Below are positions 62,701 to 64,000 of a DNA stretch of 64,000 nucleotides, one piece after another. The DNA comes from Candidatus Poribacteria bacterium (GTDB lineage: Bacteria; Poribacteria; WGA-4E; WGA-3G). The notes beneath the pieces were generated by a model that worked only from the letters and a program-made list of their open reading frames with translations, was not told the origin of the DNA and did not search any database. Where the stretch lies: contig OZ243938.1 in the NCBI GenBank assembly GCA_965214095.1, positions 64,001 to 128,000 of the forward strand, given 5' to 3'. The stretch's first letter is position 1, and each line of letters opens with the position of its first letter. The position numbers were made by a program, and so were the translations under genes.

Positions 62701-62811
62701 TATTGGGATGGTAGAAATACGCTCGGTGAACCTGTGGCAAGTGATGTCTATTTCTACACACTCACCGCTGGCAAATACACCGCAACACGGAAGATGTTGA
62801 TAAGGAAGTAA
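59794..62811 (+). CDS. Large secreted zinc metallopeptidase-like protein with dockerin-like repeats and a FlgD/T9SS-like C-terminal domain
   Basis: ILHEKAH (HExxH) with downstream EDMAES; DINQDGSVNILDL and DVNADGVVNILDL; NYPNPFNPETWIPYQL...YFYTL...TRKMLI. Confidence 0.8.
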   Translation: MLIKNYLAHEKMQRPLRIALISFILFCGSVSQGITFDFNWEINETPEGSESATIIEPVQVVMLDEVIQVPSHSASLRLMQKYSVYLGSEWDAGHAYRLLKTFETIPQDVNYSYDGNHEVPTSLWRLTDTHVQDDIKVELINRQTIVTIAAETFTYADPLLAEIDGVRGRYFSKRLHQAVVRFVTDNGADKEALERILQERYAVSLNVPDYTELTSNTTGEDAGRFTTFKNEELIAIATMFEEYPQGMHKIAGLKYLVRRLDGTPHPLYPSAPAVAWTTSGYIEFMESAFQAQGSDYINRLILHEKAHFLWDHLFDEQLRQDWIELGGWYENPDNEDGWSTTKQTEFVSAYAHAKNPNEDMAESISFYIVNPDKLRSRSPGKYQFIQDRIMHGTRYISKIREDLTFEVYNLYPDAVYPGRIIRVDIQVIGEPMEDKTIIVELELHKTGEHDDAQASQLRIISSTGTFFDIWLDPIGSDGVSQVGASHILRGKKTISRFAADGYWGPDQITLTDSQGNERHQSQTDFGWKLFVTNPLADDEPPIYVKNSMKLSLSDGMEDGRRYQILTARWQILEENEVAVVYAHAYDTNDETYSRRNEKQGTYNKETGEATVDLIIPDYYQTGNYVLNYISMIDIGLNERGVYFTRAEGTLREEQEVMDEKPTTIEIQSINPDSTPPVLDLNRITVTAVPTNPEQPNGETQVDITFRVKDNISGYSYSGIYLRDPHGVTYSFRHYHDDFEKIYFSDNPTVYSTYHKTIILPVGSIPGTWGIAEMTVTDKAKNKLLADFTEIVRFEVDSEPEYSQYDINQDGSVNILDLILVAKAFVAYDEKADVNADGVVNILDLTLIASAFGTTSNAAPALWTLNADNIPTRATVEKWLQDARQVNLSDPAFQRGIFTLENLLKTLTPKETALLPNYPNPFNPETWIPYQLATPADVSIAIYTSDGKLIRQLDLGHQPVGIYRHRSRAAYWDGRNTLGEPVASDVYFYTLTAGKYTATRKMLIRK

Positions 62812-62917
62812 AATCTGGAACTTTCAAAATTGAGTAATGTAATACCATTTTAAATGACAGTCTAACATTACCAAAAAACATGTTTGTAGTCGCGCAATTT
62901 ATTGCCCCTCTTACATT

Positions 62918-63007
62918 ATACCAAATTAACCTGATTTGTAGCGCGAGGTCTCCGTGCCTCGCAATGCTGACTTTATCAAAAAAATAATAATCACGTCAAT
63001 TTGGTAT
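62918..63007. mobile_element. MITE-like element with ATACCAAATT terminal IRs enclosing a GTAG REP hairpin
   Basis: ATACCAAATTAACCTGATT / AATCACGTCAATTTGGTAT; internal GTAGCGCGAGG...CCTCGC. Confidence 0.65.
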
Positions 63008-63100
63008 TAGACATCTTATGGTACATAACACAAGTGATAAACATCAAAGTACAAGTGAACAATGCAAACCACCAACGCTACTGGTGTTTGTTCAGTCACA

Positions 63101-63127
63101 TAGATGCGGTTGGAAAACCGCATCTAC
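63101..63127. repeat. GTAG REP-like palindrome (minus orientation)
   Basis: TAGATGCGGTT-GGAA-AACCGCATCTAC. Confidence 0.55.
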
Positions 63128-63326
63128 CGAGAATGTGCACATATTTTTTGATTTCACTACAAAAGATCGTTGGCACTTCAGAGCGTAGAAGATTGATATA
63201 ATTGCAAATTATAGCAAATGATACATCAAATCAAGAACCGAAGCATCTTTGAAAGCGACAACATCAACATTATACTCGGATTTGACAGCGAAACGATAAA
63301 CCTCAACTTATACAAGGAGCATTATA

Positions 63327-63947
63327 TTGAAATCAGTTAAATTCTATTTACAGAAACAGAGCCTTTTTAGAAAATGTGTAAACCATGGTGGCGGTTGTAT
63401 GTCAGTAACAATACCAACGATATGCCCAGAATGTGGTGAAGATGTTTTGTTTAGAACATGTATGGACGGATCTAGAGTATTCTTAAATAAATCAAATAAG
63501 CAAGGCGTTGCACCAACAAAGCACTTGCCATACGGCACCTGCCCAAATGCGTAATTTTAACATATCGTATTCTATATAAAAGGTGAACAACATTCATGAA
63601 CAATAAAACTAGACATAACAGAACAAATCAGAATGACGTAACCGTAAAGGTTGACAAAGGTGATGTCACGCAAAATGTGCCAAAGTTGTTGTCCATGTCG
63701 ATCAGGAAAAAAAACAGATTCCAAAGGGAATGATTCTTATGGAACAGCCGCAGCCATCGGTTGTGGTATTGGTTGTTTTATACTTATATTCCTTATGTTA
63801 TTCGAATCTATAGTAAACGCAACTGTTTGTTCTCTTTTAAATATATATATCAAATTAAAAATCGAACCATCTTTGACAGCTATAACTTCGCAATTCTATG
63901 GGCATAGTTCCAAATGCCTTGACCTTTTTATTGCAATAAGGAAATAA
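63327..63947 (+). pseudogene. Possibly degraded small gene(s) with Cys-rich motifs
   Basis: Short ORFs with PTICPECGEDV.F..C..GSRVF and a later Cys/TM-like segment, separated by stops. Confidence 0.3.
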
Positions 63948-64000
63948 ACAAATGATACTTGAAGCTCCTTGCTCCGCATTAAACTTTCATTCAAATGAAA

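Overview
A 64-kb AT-rich bacterial chromosomal window. Its gene content resembles Candidatus Poribacteria (inference): five PhyH-family Fe(II)/2-oxoglutarate dioxygenases, a sulfatase, Gfo/Idh/MocA oxidoreductases, secreted LamG/CBM9-like proteins ending in a 'K(L/A)A(S/T)TWGx(I/L)K' tail, and a dockerin + 'NYPNPFNPETWIPYQL' protein. Most of it is housekeeping and catabolic genes (hisD, murA, truA, folD, cysC, sugar kinases, an ECF sigma/anti-sigma pair). The most unusual region is 15.7-18.3 kb. An intact IS200/IS605 element (tnpA+tnpB) lies 55 bp from a second, 545-bp element with IS200/IS605 ends and no credible protein. That second element has its own sigma70 promoter and a ~430-nt hairpin-rich putative RNA that ends at the right end, like a TnpB omega-RNA. 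Other notable items are a PhyH/oxidoreductase repeat whose divergence pattern suggests xenolog integration, GTAG REP hairpins nested inside several MITE-like end types, and a toxin-deleted TA remnant. No rRNA, tRNA or CRISPR array was seen.
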